This document shows positions 30,972 through 44,987 of a DNA stretch of 64,000 nucleotides, piece by piece (position 1 is the first letter of the stretch; every line of letters starts with the position of its first letter). The DNA lies in NCBI GenBank assembly GCA_963843885.1, contig CAWJMJ010000015.1:127822-191821 (forward strand). Direction: 5' to 3'. A program made the position numbers and the translations under genes. A model generated the notes under the pieces. That model made no database searches and was not told the DNA's origin. It saw only the letters and a program-made list of their open reading frames with translations. The DNA is from an uncultured Acidobacteriota bacterium. GTDB taxonomy: Bacteria; Acidobacteriota; Vicinamibacteria; Vicinamibacterales; UBA2999.

Positions 30972-32030
30972 TCAGCGGTCGGACAGAGAACCCGGAACGC
31001 GCGCCTTGGCCCAGGCCACGGCATCGCGGACCGCGGCGCCGTCGGCGCTGAACGCCGCGTGGGTCACCCCGCCGCCAGGGCGGTCGAGCACGGCCGGCGC
31101 CGTCGGTTCCGCCTCTGCGCCGATGGCCAGCGCCAGGTTGCGCCGCAGCTGTCCCAGCGGCGCATGGGTGAGGGCGCTGCCGGCAACGAAGTCGCGCAGC
31201 CGATCGTCGGGGCGTTGCCACAGCTCGTGCGCATCAGGCGCCTCGCGGGTGGCGCGCGGCTGCCACGCGGCATCGGCGGTGCGGGCGGGCGCCAGGTTCC
31301 ACGGACAGACGTCCTGGCACACGTCGCAGCCGAACAGATGCCCGGCCACGGCCGTTTTCTCCCCGTCGCTGAGCACGCCGCCCTTCTCGATGGTCAGGTA
31401 GCTGATGCACTTCCGGGCGTCGACCTCGCGCGCGTCGACGATGGCGCCGGTGGGACACGCATCGAGGCACAGCGTGCACGCACCGCACTGGTCGGCGACC
31501 AGTTGGTCGGGCGTGAGCGGCAGCGACGTCGCGATGCCGGCCAGAAGCAGCCACGAGCCGAGGTCGCGGTTGATGAGCAGCGAGTGTTTGCCGATCCAGC
31601 CCAGGCCGGCGTAGGCCGCGACCACGCGCTCCTGCACCCAGTGCTTGTCCACGAACACCGCGGCGTCGAACGGCTGGTCGGTCGTCTCGCGCATCCAGGC
31701 AAGCAGCGCCTCGAGCCGCTGCTCGAGCACCAGGTGATAGTCCTGGCCGCGCGCATACCGCGCCACCGAGGCTGGCGGGGGCGGCTCGGGATCGGGACCG
31801 GTGAAGTAATTGGTGGCGGTCATGACCACCGAGCGCGCGCCCGGCAGGAACGCCGTCACGTCGGCGCGCACCTCGGCCGAGCGTTCGAGGTAGCGCATCT
31901 CGCCGTGGTGGCCGCGCGCCACCCAGTCGTGGATGCGCGCCAGCTCCGGCATGCCGGTGGCCGGCGCGATGCCGCAGCCATCGAAGCCGAGGGTCCGGGC
32001 CCGTTCCTTGACCGCCGACGACGTCAACAC
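30972..32030 (-). CDS. queG: Epoxyqueuosine reductase
   Basis: Intact ORF (GTG start). Two 4Fe-4S motifs are present (CGACTLCLDACPTGAI, CDVCQDVCPWN), with GWIGKHSLLINRDLGSW and CISYLTIE. Confidence 0.85.
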   Translation of the reverse strand: MLTSSAVKERARTLGFDGCGIAPATGMPELARIHDWVARGHHGEMRYLERSAEVRADVTAFLPGARSVVMTATNYFTGPDPEPPPPASVARYARGQDYHLVLEQRLEALLAWMRETTDQPFDAAVFVDKHWVQERVVAAYAGLGWIGKHSLLINRDLGSWLLLAGIATSLPLTPDQLVADQCGACTLCLDACPTGAIVDAREVDARKCISYLTIEKGGVLSDGEKTAVAGHLFGCDVCQDVCPWNLAPARTADAAWQPRATREAPDAHELWQRPDDRLRDFVAGSALTHAPLGQLRRNLALAIGAEAEPTAPAVLDRPGGGVTHAAFSADGAAVRDAVAWAKARVPGSLSDR

Positions 32031-32118
32031 GGCGAGTACCTGCCGGCGCGCGGCCTGCCGGCCGGGCCGGCGGATCGCGACCGGCGGCCGGACGCACGCG
32101 TCAGCGCCACCTCCGTGT

Positions 32119-34800
<2,682 letters not shown>

Positions 34801-34807
34801 TCGCGCG

Positions 34808-34816
34808 ATGATATCA
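34808..34816 (-). promoter_or_regulatory. Candidate extended -10 TGaTATCAT, 7 nt upstream of acnA ATG
   Basis: Minus strand reads TGATATCAT-cgcgcga-ATG. Confidence 0.45.
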
Positions 34817-35019
34817 GCCCCGAGGCGCGTCTGTCCGCTGGCAGGCGCACCGACCAGGCTCGTGCGCCGGCCGTTCCCGGTCACCCTCGTCCCGCCCGTG
34901 AACACCCGGTCGCGGCGGCCAGGCCGTGACGTGCGCCGGCCTCCCCCACGGGCCGGCAATTCCGGCCAGAATCCTGGCGCGCTGTCGCCCCTGGGCGGGA
35001 TCGCCCGCTGGCACGCTAT

Positions 35020-35028
35020 TGGTAACGT
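35020..35028 (+). promoter_or_regulatory. Candidate extended -10 TGgTAACGT, 8 nt upstream of ATG 35037
   Basis: Plus strand reads TGGTAACGT-cgtcgggc-ATG. Confidence 0.4.
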
Positions 35029-35036
35029 CGTCGGGC

Positions 35037-37488
35037 ATGCGCGACCTGATCTTCGGCTTCAAACAGTGGCGTCACGCGCCGCTGCTGGCCGCTGCCGCCA
35101 TCCTGTCGATCGGCCTGGGCGTCGGCGCCACCACCGCCATCTTCGGCGTGGTCCGGCACGTGCTGCTGCGGCCGTTGCCCTTTGCCGACGCGGACCGGCT
35201 GGTCATGGCCTGGGAGACGTCGCCCGACAGCCCGGCGCGCTGGGTGGCGCCGGCCAATTTCCTCGACTGGCGACGGGACACCAGCCACGTCTTCTCGGAA
35301 CTGGCCGCCTTCGATTCGTTCTCGGCCGCGCTCACGAACGCCGGCACGCCCGAACGGGTGCGCGGCGTGTCGGCCTCGGGCAACTTCTTCGCGCACGCTG
35401 CGCCAGGTGCCGGCCGAGGGCCGCCTGCTCGTGCCCGACGACGACCAGCCCGGCGCGCCGTGCGTGGCGGCGATCAGCGACGGCCTGCGCCAGCGGCGCT
35501 TTGCCGGTGTTGCCACGGCCGTGGGGGCCGGGCTCGTGCTCGATGGCCGCCTCTGCACCATCGTCGGCGTCCTGCCGGCGGCGTTCGTCTTCCCGCTCCA
35601 GCCGCTGGCCGAGGTGTGGACCAACGGCGACCGCGGCGTGCCGCTCACCTCGCCCGTGCCCGGCGACGTCACCACGGTGCGCGACGTGCATCTGCTCTTC
35701 GTCCTCGGGCGCCTGCACCAGGGCGTGAGTCCGGCCACGGCCGAACGAGAGTTGCAGGCCGTGGCGGCCCGGCTGGCGACGGCCTACCCCGAGACCAACG
35801 CCGGACTGGGCGCGCACGTCGAGAGTCTGCATCAGGCCGTCGTCGGCGACGTGCAGCCGGTGCTGTGGCTGCTCCAGATCACCGTCGTCGTGCTGCTGCT
35901 GGTGGCCTCGGCCAACGTCGCGCATCTGCTGCTCGGACAGGCGGCGCGGCGCCGGCAGGAACTGGCCGTGCGGGCGTCGCTCGGGGCCGACCGCGGCGCG
36001 CTCGTCCGGCAATTGCTGGCCGAAGCCTTTGCCCTGGCCATTCCCGGCGCGCTGCTCGGACTGCTGATGGCCGCGTGGGGCGTCGATGTGTTGGTGGCGC
36101 TCGCGCCCGCCTCGGTGCCGCGGCTGACGGAGGTGGCCGTCGATCCACTCGTGCTGGCCTTCGGACTGCTCATCACCGGCGCCGCCACCGTCGGCTGCGC
36201 CCTCGTGCCGGCCCTGACGGCGTCGGCCCCCGACGCCATGCCGGCCGTGGGGCACGGCGCGCGTCTGGCCGGACGTCGGCACACGGGATGGCATCGCGCC
36301 TTCGTCATCGGCGAGCTGGCGCTGGCCCACGTGCTGGTCGTCGGCGCGTTGCTGCTCGCGGCCAGCCTGCTGGCGGTCACGCGCGTCGACCTCGGCTTCG
36401 TCCCCGAGGGGCGGCTCACGGCCCAGCTCAATCTGGTCAAGGATCCGTATCTGCAGCCCGCGCCTGGCGGCGGTGAGTTCTCCGCCGACCCGGGGCCGCG
36501 TCAGCGTCTGATCGACGGCGTCCTCGAGCAGATGAACGCGCTGCCCGGCGTGCGCGCCGCGGCCGCCTCCTTTACCGCGCCGCTCGGCGGCGCGCCCAAC
36601 CGCGGCATCCACATCGAGGGCACCCCCGCCCCTCTGCCCGGCGAGGAGCCGGCGGCCGACTTCCAGGCGGTGACTCCCGACTTCTTCCGGACGCTGGGCA
36701 TCGTGCTCGCCGAGGGCCGCGCCTTCACTGCCGCCGACGGGGCGCGCTCGCAGCCAGTGGCCATCGTCAACCGGACCTTCGCGAGCCGTTATCTGGCGGG
36801 CCGGGCCGCGGTGGGCAGCGTCGTGGAGTTCGGCGGCGACCGCCGGCACCTCGTCGTCGGCGTCGTCGGCGACACGCGCAACCGCCAGGTGGAGCGGCCG
36901 CCCGAGCCGGCGTTCTACGTGCCGTTCACGCAGAACGACGAGGCCTGGCCCTACCTGGCCGTCACCATCTGGGCCGACGGCGACGCGGCGGCCCTGGCCC
37001 CGGCCCTGCGCGCCGCCTTTGCAGCCGCGGCCCCGGCGCAGCCGCTGTCGAGCGTGCGGCCGGTCGACGCGCTGCTTGCCGACCAGCTCGCCCCGCGCCG
37101 GTTCACGACCGCGCTCGTGACCCTCTTCGGCGCGCTGGCCCTGCTGCTGGCCGTCATCGGCGCCTACGGCGTGCTGGCGTCCTCGGTAGCCTTGCGCCGG
37201 CGCGAGATCGGCGTGCGCAGCGCCCTCGGGGCGTCGGCCGCGCGGCTCCGCGGTCTGGTGCTGGGCGAGGCGGCGGTGCTGGCGGCGTCCGCCGTGGCGG
37301 TGGGCGCCGTCGTGGCCGTCGTCGCTGGCCGCCTGACTCAGGCCCTGCTCTTCGAGGTCTCGGCGACCAACCCGGGCCTGCTGGCGGGTGCGGCCGTGGC
37401 CGTCGTCGTGCCCGCGCTCGTGGCCGCCTACGGGCCGGCGCAGCGAGCGGCCCGCACGCCGCCGATCGAGGCGCTCCGCGGCGAGTGA
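35037..37488 (+). pseudogene. ADOP-type duplicated FtsX/MacB-like ABC permease, single frameshift near 35391
   Basis: The N-terminal 118 aa lie in ORF 34926..36476 ([56 protein letters not shown]...VSASGNFF). The remaining ~700 aa lie in ORF 35182..37488 (RTLRQVPAEGRLL...). The join reads TTC TTC g CGC ACG. Length is 3n+1. Confidence 0.85.
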
Positions 37489-37502
37489 CGACTACGGCGC
37501 TG

Positions 37503-38480
37503 CTAGCAGCGCCGAGTCAGCACCCAGTGGGCCAGGTCGACGAGATGATGTTCGACCAGGGCGCATTGGGCCAGAGCCTGTTCGGCGGCCGCGATGTGCG
37601 CGGCGGCCATCCGGCGCGACGCTTCCAGGCCCGCCAGCGACGGATAGGTCGGCTTGGCCGCAGCCGCGTCCTGGCCGCTCGCCTTCCCGGTCTCGGCGCT
37701 GCCGCCCTCGACGTCGAGGATGTCGTCGACGATCTGGAAGGCGACTCCGATGTTGGCGGCGAACCGCTCCACGCCGGCGACCTGCACGGGGTCGCCGCCG
37801 GCCATGATCGCGCCGCCGACGGCAGCGGCGCGGATGAGGCCGCCGGTCTTGCGGGTGTGCATGTCCTCCAAGCCGGCAAGGTCGAGGGCGGGAGTGGCCT
37901 CGTGCGCCGCGCCGGCGCCGGCATGCGCCAGGTCGATCGCCTGGCCGGCCACCATTCCGGCGGCCCCGACCGCCGCGCCGAGTTCGGCGATCACGCGCAG
38001 CTTCCGGCCCATCACCTCATGACCGGCGTGAGGCTGCGGCTCGCGCGCCAGCAGGCCGAACGCCTCGGTCAAGAGCGCGTCGCCGATCAGCATGGCCAGC
38101 CCGGCGCCGTAGCGCACGTGCAGGGTCGGATGGCCGCGCCGCAGCACGGCGTTGTCCATGGCTGGCAGGTCGTCGTGCGCGAGCGACTGGGTGTGCACGA
38201 GTTCGACGGCGCAGGCCAGCGGCAGCGCCAGGCGACGCGCGTCGTCGAGAGCCGCTTCACCGCCGCCGCGGGCGGACGCGATGGCCTCGGCCGCCGCCAG
38301 CGTCAGCAACGGACGGAAGCGCTTGCCGCCGGCGCTCACCGCGTAGCGCATGCCCTCGGCCAGCACCACGGGACAGCGCGGCGAGCGCGGCAGCCAGCCG
38401 TCGAGCGCCCGGTCGATTTCCGTCCGTCTGCTGGCGATGAAATCGAGAAAGGGGCGCTGACGCGCGGCGGTTTCAGTCAT
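37503..38480 (-). CDS. crtE: Polyprenyl (geranylgeranyl/farnesyl) diphosphate synthase
   Basis: ORF 37503..38510; ATG 38480 is preferred (MTETAARQRPFLDF...). Both Asp-rich motifs are present (LAHDDLPAMDN, FQIVDDILD). The crtE label is inferred only from proximity to crtYIBZ. Confidence 0.75.
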   Translation of the reverse strand: MTETAARQRPFLDFIASRRTEIDRALDGWLPRSPRCPVVLAEGMRYAVSAGGKRFRPLLTLAAAEAIASARGGGEAALDDARRLALPLACAVELVHTQSLAHDDLPAMDNAVLRRGHPTLHVRYGAGLAMLIGDALLTEAFGLLAREPQPHAGHEVMGRKLRVIAELGAAVGAAGMVAGQAIDLAHAGAGAAHEATPALDLAGLEDMHTRKTGGLIRAAAVGGAIMAGGDPVQVAGVERFAANIGVAFQIVDDILDVEGGSAETGKASGQDAAAAKPTYPSLAGLEASRRMAAAHIAAAEQALAQCALVEHHLVDLAHWVLTRRC

Positions 38481-38642
38481 GTCGGACCAAGTCATCGACT
38501 CGCAAAGCAAACCCCCGAGCCCAGGCCCGTATTCCGGCGGGGCCGCCGCCGTGGTTCACCAGACGCGCCGCCGGGCGCGAAGCGGATCGGTTCCCGTGCT
38601 GGTGATCAGCGCCGACGCGGGCAGGTCGGTGATTGGCCGGCG

Positions 38643-39875
38643 TCATGCCGTCGCGGCGCGCCGGAAGCAATGCCGCGCCACCACCCAGCCGGTGGCGCCC
38701 GCCGCCACGAGCACGCCCGCGGCCCGCCACGCCGGCAGTCCCCCGGGCGCCGCGTCCAGGGCCCGCGCGAATCCCTCGATGGCCCACGCATGCGGCGTGA
38801 GCCAGCCGAGTTGCTGGAGCCACGGCGGCATCAGGAAACGAGGCACCATGCTCCCGCCTACCGCCGCCGCGACCAGCACGGCGATGTTCGAGACCGTGGT
38901 GGCCTGCCTGGCGGTGCCGCATGCCGCGGCGATGGCCAGCGTCAACCCGGCGGAGGCCGCCGCCAACGCGACGGCTACGGCCAGCCACGGCCACGGTGTG
39001 GCCGGCGCCGGCACGCCGGCGTGAATCCAGGCCACCGCGAAGATCACGCCAGCCTGCGCGACGCCCTGGGCCATCAGGAACAGGGCCCGGCCATCGACCA
39101 GGACCGCCACGCCACCCGGACCAGCCACTGCGCGATCGGCAACCCCGGAGCTCAGTTCGTCATGAAGTGACGCCGCCACCGGGACGGCCGACAGCAGGAT
39201 GAAGAGCGCCGCGACCGCCCCGGCGTAGTAGGCGGCAACCGACGCCGCTTGCACCGCCCCCGGCAGCACGGCCGGCTCGACCAGCGCGCCAAACGCGGCC
39301 GCCTCGCCGTCGCTCTCCCCTTCCGCGGGCGCCATCGCTTCCAGCACGCCGGCGGCGTCCGCCCGCTGCGCCTCGCTCAAGGGAACGACCATCTCGTCCA
39401 CCAGCGTCACCGCCCCGCGCAGCGCCGCATCGGGCAGGGCCGCGAAGTAGGCGCGCTGCACCACTCCGCTCACGATCCCGCCGGCGACGGCCCGGGCCGG
39501 ATGGGTCACGACCACGACCGGCGGCGGCGCGTCGCCCACCAGGGTGTCGAGGGGCCGTCCGCCGCGCCGGATGACAGCCGCCACATCCACCGTGCCGGCC
39601 GCCACCAGCGCCGCGGCCGCCGCCGCCGTGTCGGGCTCGGCTCGGGTCACACGCAGCGCCCCGTCGCGCTCGATGGCGGCCACGAGGCGCCGCGACAAGG
39701 GCGTGGCCACCTCGTCGGCGAGTGCGACCGTCAAACGCAAATCGTCGCCCGAGGCGCTGGCGAAGATGGCCGCGAAGACGACGTAGACCACGACCGGCAG
39801 GACGAAGCTCATGACTAGCGCGCCGCGGTCGCGCACCAGGGCGAGCCACTGCGTGTAGCAGGCTGCCCGCCTCAC
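38643..39875 (-). CDS. ABC-2-type transporter permease
   Basis: This is the C-terminal 410 aa of ORF 38643..40775. The GTG start overlaps the ATPase stop (GTGA). There is an N-terminal TM helix, a large loop, and then 5 TM helices (..ALFILLSAVPVAASL..FLMAQGVAQAGVIFAVAW..LAIAAACGTARQATTVSNIAVLVAAAVGG..). Confidence 0.7.
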   Translation of the reverse strand: MRRAACYTQWLALVRDRGALVMSFVLPVVVYVVFAAIFASASGDDLRLTVALADEVATPLSRRLVAAIERDGALRVTRAEPDTAAAAAALVAAGTVDVAAVIRRGGRPLDTLVGDAPPPVVVVTHPARAVAGGIVSGVVQRAYFAALPDAALRGAVTLVDEMVVPLSEAQRADAAGVLEAMAPAEGESDGEAAAFGALVEPAVLPGAVQAASVAAYYAGAVAALFILLSAVPVAASLHDELSSGVADRAVAGPGGVAVLVDGRALFLMAQGVAQAGVIFAVAWIHAGVPAPATPWPWLAVAVALAAASAGLTLAIAAACGTARQATTVSNIAVLVAAAVGGSMVPRFLMPPWLQQLGWLTPHAWAIEGFARALDAAPGGLPAWRAAGVLVAAGATGWVVARHCFRRAATA

Positions 39876-40831
39876 TGCGTTGCCTTCGCCGCAACGCGCG
39901 CGCGGGCGGTTGCGGTCGCCACCGCGCCGGCCAGGGTCGGGCGGCGCACGCGCAGTTCCATCAGCGACAGCGCGTGCGCGGTCAGGCGCCGTTCGACCTC
40001 CGCCAGCTCGTCGGCCGAGCCGCCGCCGGAGCGCGACCACGCGCCGTCGCCGGCGGCGACGAAACCCTCGGCCGTCAGCACCCGGTCCACCGATGCACCG
40101 GGCACCGGCACGACCACGATCTCGGACGTCGACCCGCACCACGCCGCAATCAGCGCCGCCACGGTGCCGCGCGCCAGGACGGCGCCCGCCTCGATCAGCG
40201 CCACCTCGTCGCAGAGCTCGGCGGCTTCCTGCAGATCGTGCGTGACGATGAGCACGCCCGTGCCGTGGCCGCGCAGGTCGCGCAGCAGTTCGTAGAGCCG
40301 CGCGCGCGACTCGGCATCGACCCCGACGGTGGGCTCGTCGAGCAGCACCAGCGCCGGCCGGTGCAGGACCCCGGCCACGAGGTTGACTCGCCGCCGCATG
40401 CCGCCCGAGAGCGCGGCCACACGCGTCGAGGCCCGATCGGCCAGGCCCGCCCAGTGCAGCCCGTCGACGACGCGGGCGTCGACCTGGCGGCGCGGCGTGC
40501 CGGCCAGGGTGGCCCAGAGCGCCAGATTCTCGCGCACCGTCAGGTAGGAGTGGAGCGCGAGATCCTGCGGCACCACACCGAGCCGGCCGGCGCCACGGGC
40601 CGCGGCGGCGTCCATGCCGTCGATCTCCACGGTGCCGGCGTGGAGCCGCCACCGGCCGCCGATCGCCCGAAGGAGCGACGACTTCCCCGCGCCATTGGCG
40701 CCCGCCAGCCCCACGATCGATCCGGGCGCGACGCTCAGGTCGACGTGGTCGAGCACGGCCCTCCCGCCGCGCCACATGACGGCCGCGGTCACGCGCAGAG
40801 CGGCGTCGCGGTGGTCACGCGAGGACGGCAC
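39872..40831 (-). CDS. ABC transporter ATP-binding protein
   Basis: Walker A GANGAGKSS, signature LSGGMRRR, Walker B LVLLDEPTVGVD, H-loop VTHD. GTG 40831 was chosen because TATACT lies 6 nt upstream. The maximal ORF extends to 40879. Confidence 0.85.
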   Translation of the reverse strand: MPSSRDHRDAALRVTAAVMWRGGRAVLDHVDLSVAPGSIVGLAGANGAGKSSLLRAIGGRWRLHAGTVEIDGMDAAAARGAGRLGVVPQDLALHSYLTVRENLALWATLAGTPRRQVDARVVDGLHWAGLADRASTRVAALSGGMRRRVNLVAGVLHRPALVLLDEPTVGVDAESRARLYELLRDLRGHGTGVLIVTHDLQEAAELCDEVALIEAGAVLARGTVAALIAAWCGSTSEIVVVPVPGASVDRVLTAEGFVAAGDGAWSRSGGGSADELAEVERRLTAHALSLMELRVRRPTLAGAVATATARARVAAKATQ

Positions 40832-40837
40832 CCCGCC

Positions 40838-40843
40838 AGTATA
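40838..40843 (-). promoter_or_regulatory. Candidate -10 box TATACT, 6 nt upstream of GTG 40831
   Basis: Minus strand reads TATACT-ggcggg-GTG. Confidence 0.4.
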
Positions 40844-40886
40844 TCCACCGGGCCATACCCGCAGACCCACCGCCCGCATACCCGCG

Positions 40887-40895
40887 TGATAGGCT
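40887..40895 (+). promoter_or_regulatory. Candidate extended -10 TGaTAGGCT, 7 nt upstream of crtY GTG
   Basis: Plus strand reads TGATAGGCT-ggccgca-GTG. Confidence 0.4.
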
Positions 40896-40902
40896 GGCCG
40901 CA

Positions 40903-42042
40903 GTGACCGTCGATGTGCTGATCGTCGGAGGCGGCCTGGCCGGCAGCCTCGCGGCGTGGCGGCTCAGCCGGCGTCATGCCGCGCTGCGCGTGCACCTGCT
41001 CGAGGCCGGCACGACGCTCGGCGGCAATCACACCTGGTCGTTGCACGCCACCGACTTGTCGCCCGCGGCGCGCGAGTGGATCACGCCGCTCGTCGAGGCG
41101 CGGTGGAGCCGTTACGCAGTGGCGTTTCCCAACCATCGCCGGGTCCTCGAGCACGAGTACTTATCCCTGTCCTCGCGGCGCCTGCACGACGTGGTCGCCG
41201 GAGCGCTGGGCGATCGGGTGAGCTACGGCTGCGAGGCGTCGGTGGTGACGCCGTCGCGCGTCCGTACCAGCGACGGCCGCGAGTTCCTGGCGCGGGTCGT
41301 GATCGACGCGCGCGGGGCCACGGCCGTGGGCGTGCCGCTCGGCTGGCAGACATTCCTCGGCCAGGAGGTCGAGTGCGCCGAGCCGCACGGCGTGAGCATG
41401 CCGATGCTGATGGACGCAACCGTGCCGCAGACCGGCGCCTTCAGGTTCATCTACGTCCTGCCGTTCACGCCCGAACGTCTGCTCATCGAGGATACGGCCT
41501 ACGCCGACGGTCCCAGCGTGGACCCGGCCCGATCGCGCGCGGCCGTCGCGGCCTATGCCTCCGCTCGGGGCTGGTCGATTCGCCGGGTCGTGCGCGAAGA
41601 GTCCGGCAGCCTGCCGCTGCCCCTGGGCGGTGACATCGACGCCTTCTGGCCCGACCAGGTCGCGCGCGTCGGCATGCGGGCCGGGCTCTTCCATCCCACC
41701 ACCGGCTACTCGTTGCCGGATGCGGCGGCCACGGCCGACCTGCTGGCCGGCCTCTACGACGCGGTGAATCCCCCCAGCGCCGAGCGCGTCTATTCAGAGG
41801 TGCGGCACTTCGCGGCCACGCGGTGGCAGACCCGCGGCTTCTTCAGGCTGCTCAACCGGTGGTTGTTCAGGGCCGCGGCACCCGAGCAACGGGTCCGCGT
41901 CCTCGAGCAGTTCTATCGCCGCTCGCCGGCGCTCATCGCCCGCTTCTACGCCGCCACGCTCACGCCCTTCGATTGCGTCCGGGTGCTGGCCGGGCGTCCT
42001 CCCGTCGGGGTGCTGCGCGCCTTGGCGCACCTCCGGGACTAG
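40903..42042 (+). CDS. crtY: Lycopene beta-cyclase (CrtY type)
   Basis: Intact 379-aa ORF. VDVLIVGGGLAGSLAA is the FAD motif. FLGQE, FRFIYVLPF..LLIEDT and GLFHPTTGYSLP are conserved CrtY blocks. Confidence 0.85.
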   Translation: MTVDVLIVGGGLAGSLAAWRLSRRHAALRVHLLEAGTTLGGNHTWSLHATDLSPAAREWITPLVEARWSRYAVAFPNHRRVLEHEYLSLSSRRLHDVVAGALGDRVSYGCEASVVTPSRVRTSDGREFLARVVIDARGATAVGVPLGWQTFLGQEVECAEPHGVSMPMLMDATVPQTGAFRFIYVLPFTPERLLIEDTAYADGPSVDPARSRAAVAAYASARGWSIRRVVREESGSLPLPLGGDIDAFWPDQVARVGMRAGLFHPTTGYSLPDAAATADLLAGLYDAVNPPSAERVYSEVRHFAATRWQTRGFFRLLNRWLFRAAAPEQRVRVLEQFYRRSPALIARFYAATLTPFDCVRVLAGRPPVGVLRALAHLRD

Positions 42043-42048
42043 CCGTTG

Positions 42049-43558
<1,510 letters not shown>

Positions 43559-43559
43559 C

Positions 43560-44513
43560 GTGGACGCGCCGCTGCCCACCGTCGCCACCGAGGCCGCCAT
43601 CCGCGCCGGCTCGAAGAGCTTCGCGCTGGCCGCGCGGTTGTTTCCGACGCCGACGCGCGCGCTGGTGTGGGACCTCTATGCCTGGTGCCGCCACTGCGAC
43701 GACGCGGTCGACGGCCAGACCCTCGGCCATGGTCACGACCCGCACGTCAATCGCCTGGCCGCCCTGGCCGAGCTCCGCGACGGCACGGCGGCGGCGCTGG
43801 CGGGGCGGGCGGGTGACACCGGACCCTTCGCCGCGCTCCAGCGGGTGGTGCTCACGTGCCACCTGCCGCCGGCGTTCGTCCGCGACCATCTCGACGGCTT
43901 CGCCATGGACGCGGCCGGCCGCGGCTACGCCACCCTCGACGACACGCTCGACTACTGCTACCACGTGGCCGGCGCCGTCGGCCTGATGATGGCCTGGGTC
44001 ATGGGCGTGCGTGACACGCCGACGCTGTGCCGGGCGTCCGACCTGGGCATGGCGTTCCAATTGACCAACATCGCGCGCGATGTCGCCGACGACCTGACGG
44101 CCGGGCGGGTCTACCTCCCCGCTCAGTGGCTCGACGCCGCCGGGCTGGCACTCGTGCCGCCCCACGCGCTCGACGACGCCGCGGCGGCGCGCCTCGCGCC
44201 GCTGGTGGCGCGTTTGCTCGACGAGGCCGATCGCTACTACCGCTCGGCGCGCCACGGGCTGCCGCACTTGCCGTGGCGGGCGTCGTGGGCGGTGGCCACC
44301 GCCGCTCACGTCTACCGCGACATCGGCCTGGAGGTACGGCGCCGCGGCAGCCGCGCGTGGCGCGAGCGCGTCGTCATCGCCGCTCCGGTCAAGGCCGCGC
44401 GCCTGCTGCACGCGGGCCTGGAGGCAAGCTGGGCGGCGACGATCGGCGCCAGGGCCGCGGGCGCGGCGCGTCAGGGTCTGTTCACACCGGCCGCGTTGGC
44501 CGGGCGGGGGTGA
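43560..44513 (+). CDS. crtB: Phytoene synthase
   Basis: Intact ORF (GTG start). Motifs: SKSFALAARLF, YAWCRHCDDAVD, LDYCYHVAGAVGLMMA, FQLTNIARDVADD. Confidence 0.9.
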   Translation: MDAPLPTVATEAAIRAGSKSFALAARLFPTPTRALVWDLYAWCRHCDDAVDGQTLGHGHDPHVNRLAALAELRDGTAAALAGRAGDTGPFAALQRVVLTCHLPPAFVRDHLDGFAMDAAGRGYATLDDTLDYCYHVAGAVGLMMAWVMGVRDTPTLCRASDLGMAFQLTNIARDVADDLTAGRVYLPAQWLDAAGLALVPPHALDDAAAARLAPLVARLLDEADRYYRSARHGLPHLPWRASWAVATAAHVYRDIGLEVRRRGSRAWRERVVIAAPVKAARLLHAGLEASWAATIGARAAGAARQGLFTPAALAGRG

Positions 44514-44962
44514 TGGCAATGTGGTGGTGGTCGTTTGCCGGCTGGTTCCTGCTGGCGCTCATCGCGATGGAAGGCGTGGCCTACGTCGCCCACCGCTTCC
44601 TGATGCACGGGCCGTTGTGGTTCCTGCACCGCTCCCATCACGTGCCGCACGACGGCGGCTGGGAATGGAACGACCTCTTCGGGCTGCTCTTTGCGGTGCC
44701 CTCGATCCTGCTCATCAAGGCCGGCGTGGACGCGGGCGGGTCGTGGCTCCTGCCGATCGGCCTGGGCATGACCGCCTACGGCGCCATCTACGTCGTGTTT
44801 CACGACATCGTCGTGCACCGCCGCGTCGCCGTCCGCAACATCCCCCAGTGGAAGTACCTGCGGCGCATCATCATGGCGCACCTGGTGCACCACCGCACCC
44901 ACGGCAAGCGCGGCGCCGTGTCGTTCGGCTTCCTCTACGCGCCCCGCGACCTGCCCAAGTAG
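44513..44962 (+). CDS. crtZ: Beta-carotene hydroxylase
   Basis: The ATG overlaps the crtB stop (TGATG). His boxes: AHRFLMHGPLWFLHRSHH, FHDIVVHRR, HLVHH. Confidence 0.85.
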   Translation: MAMWWWSFAGWFLLALIAMEGVAYVAHRFLMHGPLWFLHRSHHVPHDGGWEWNDLFGLLFAVPSILLIKAGVDAGGSWLLPIGLGMTAYGAIYVVFHDIVVHRRVAVRNIPQWKYLRRIIMAHLVHHRTHGKRGAVSFGFLYAPRDLPK

Positions 44963-44987
44963 CGGCCCACCTCGGCCCAATGGCCGC

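Noticed and set aside
28081-31221. 1046-aa minus-strand ORF, together with the 1084-aa plus-strand ORF 28977..32231
   Set aside because: Both are Arg/Gly/Ala/Pro-rich with no motifs. They lie antisense to or out of frame with strongly supported genes (yqgE-like, S9 peptidase, queG). Such stop-free shadow ORFs are typical of 70% GC DNA.
35011-35026. Sigma-54-like TGGCAC-n5-TGGT upstream of the ADOP permease
   Set aside because: The -12 element is TGGT rather than TTGC, and the site ends only 11 nt from the ATG. The same bases are better explained as an extended -10 (TGgTAACGT) that fits the window-wide leaderless pattern.
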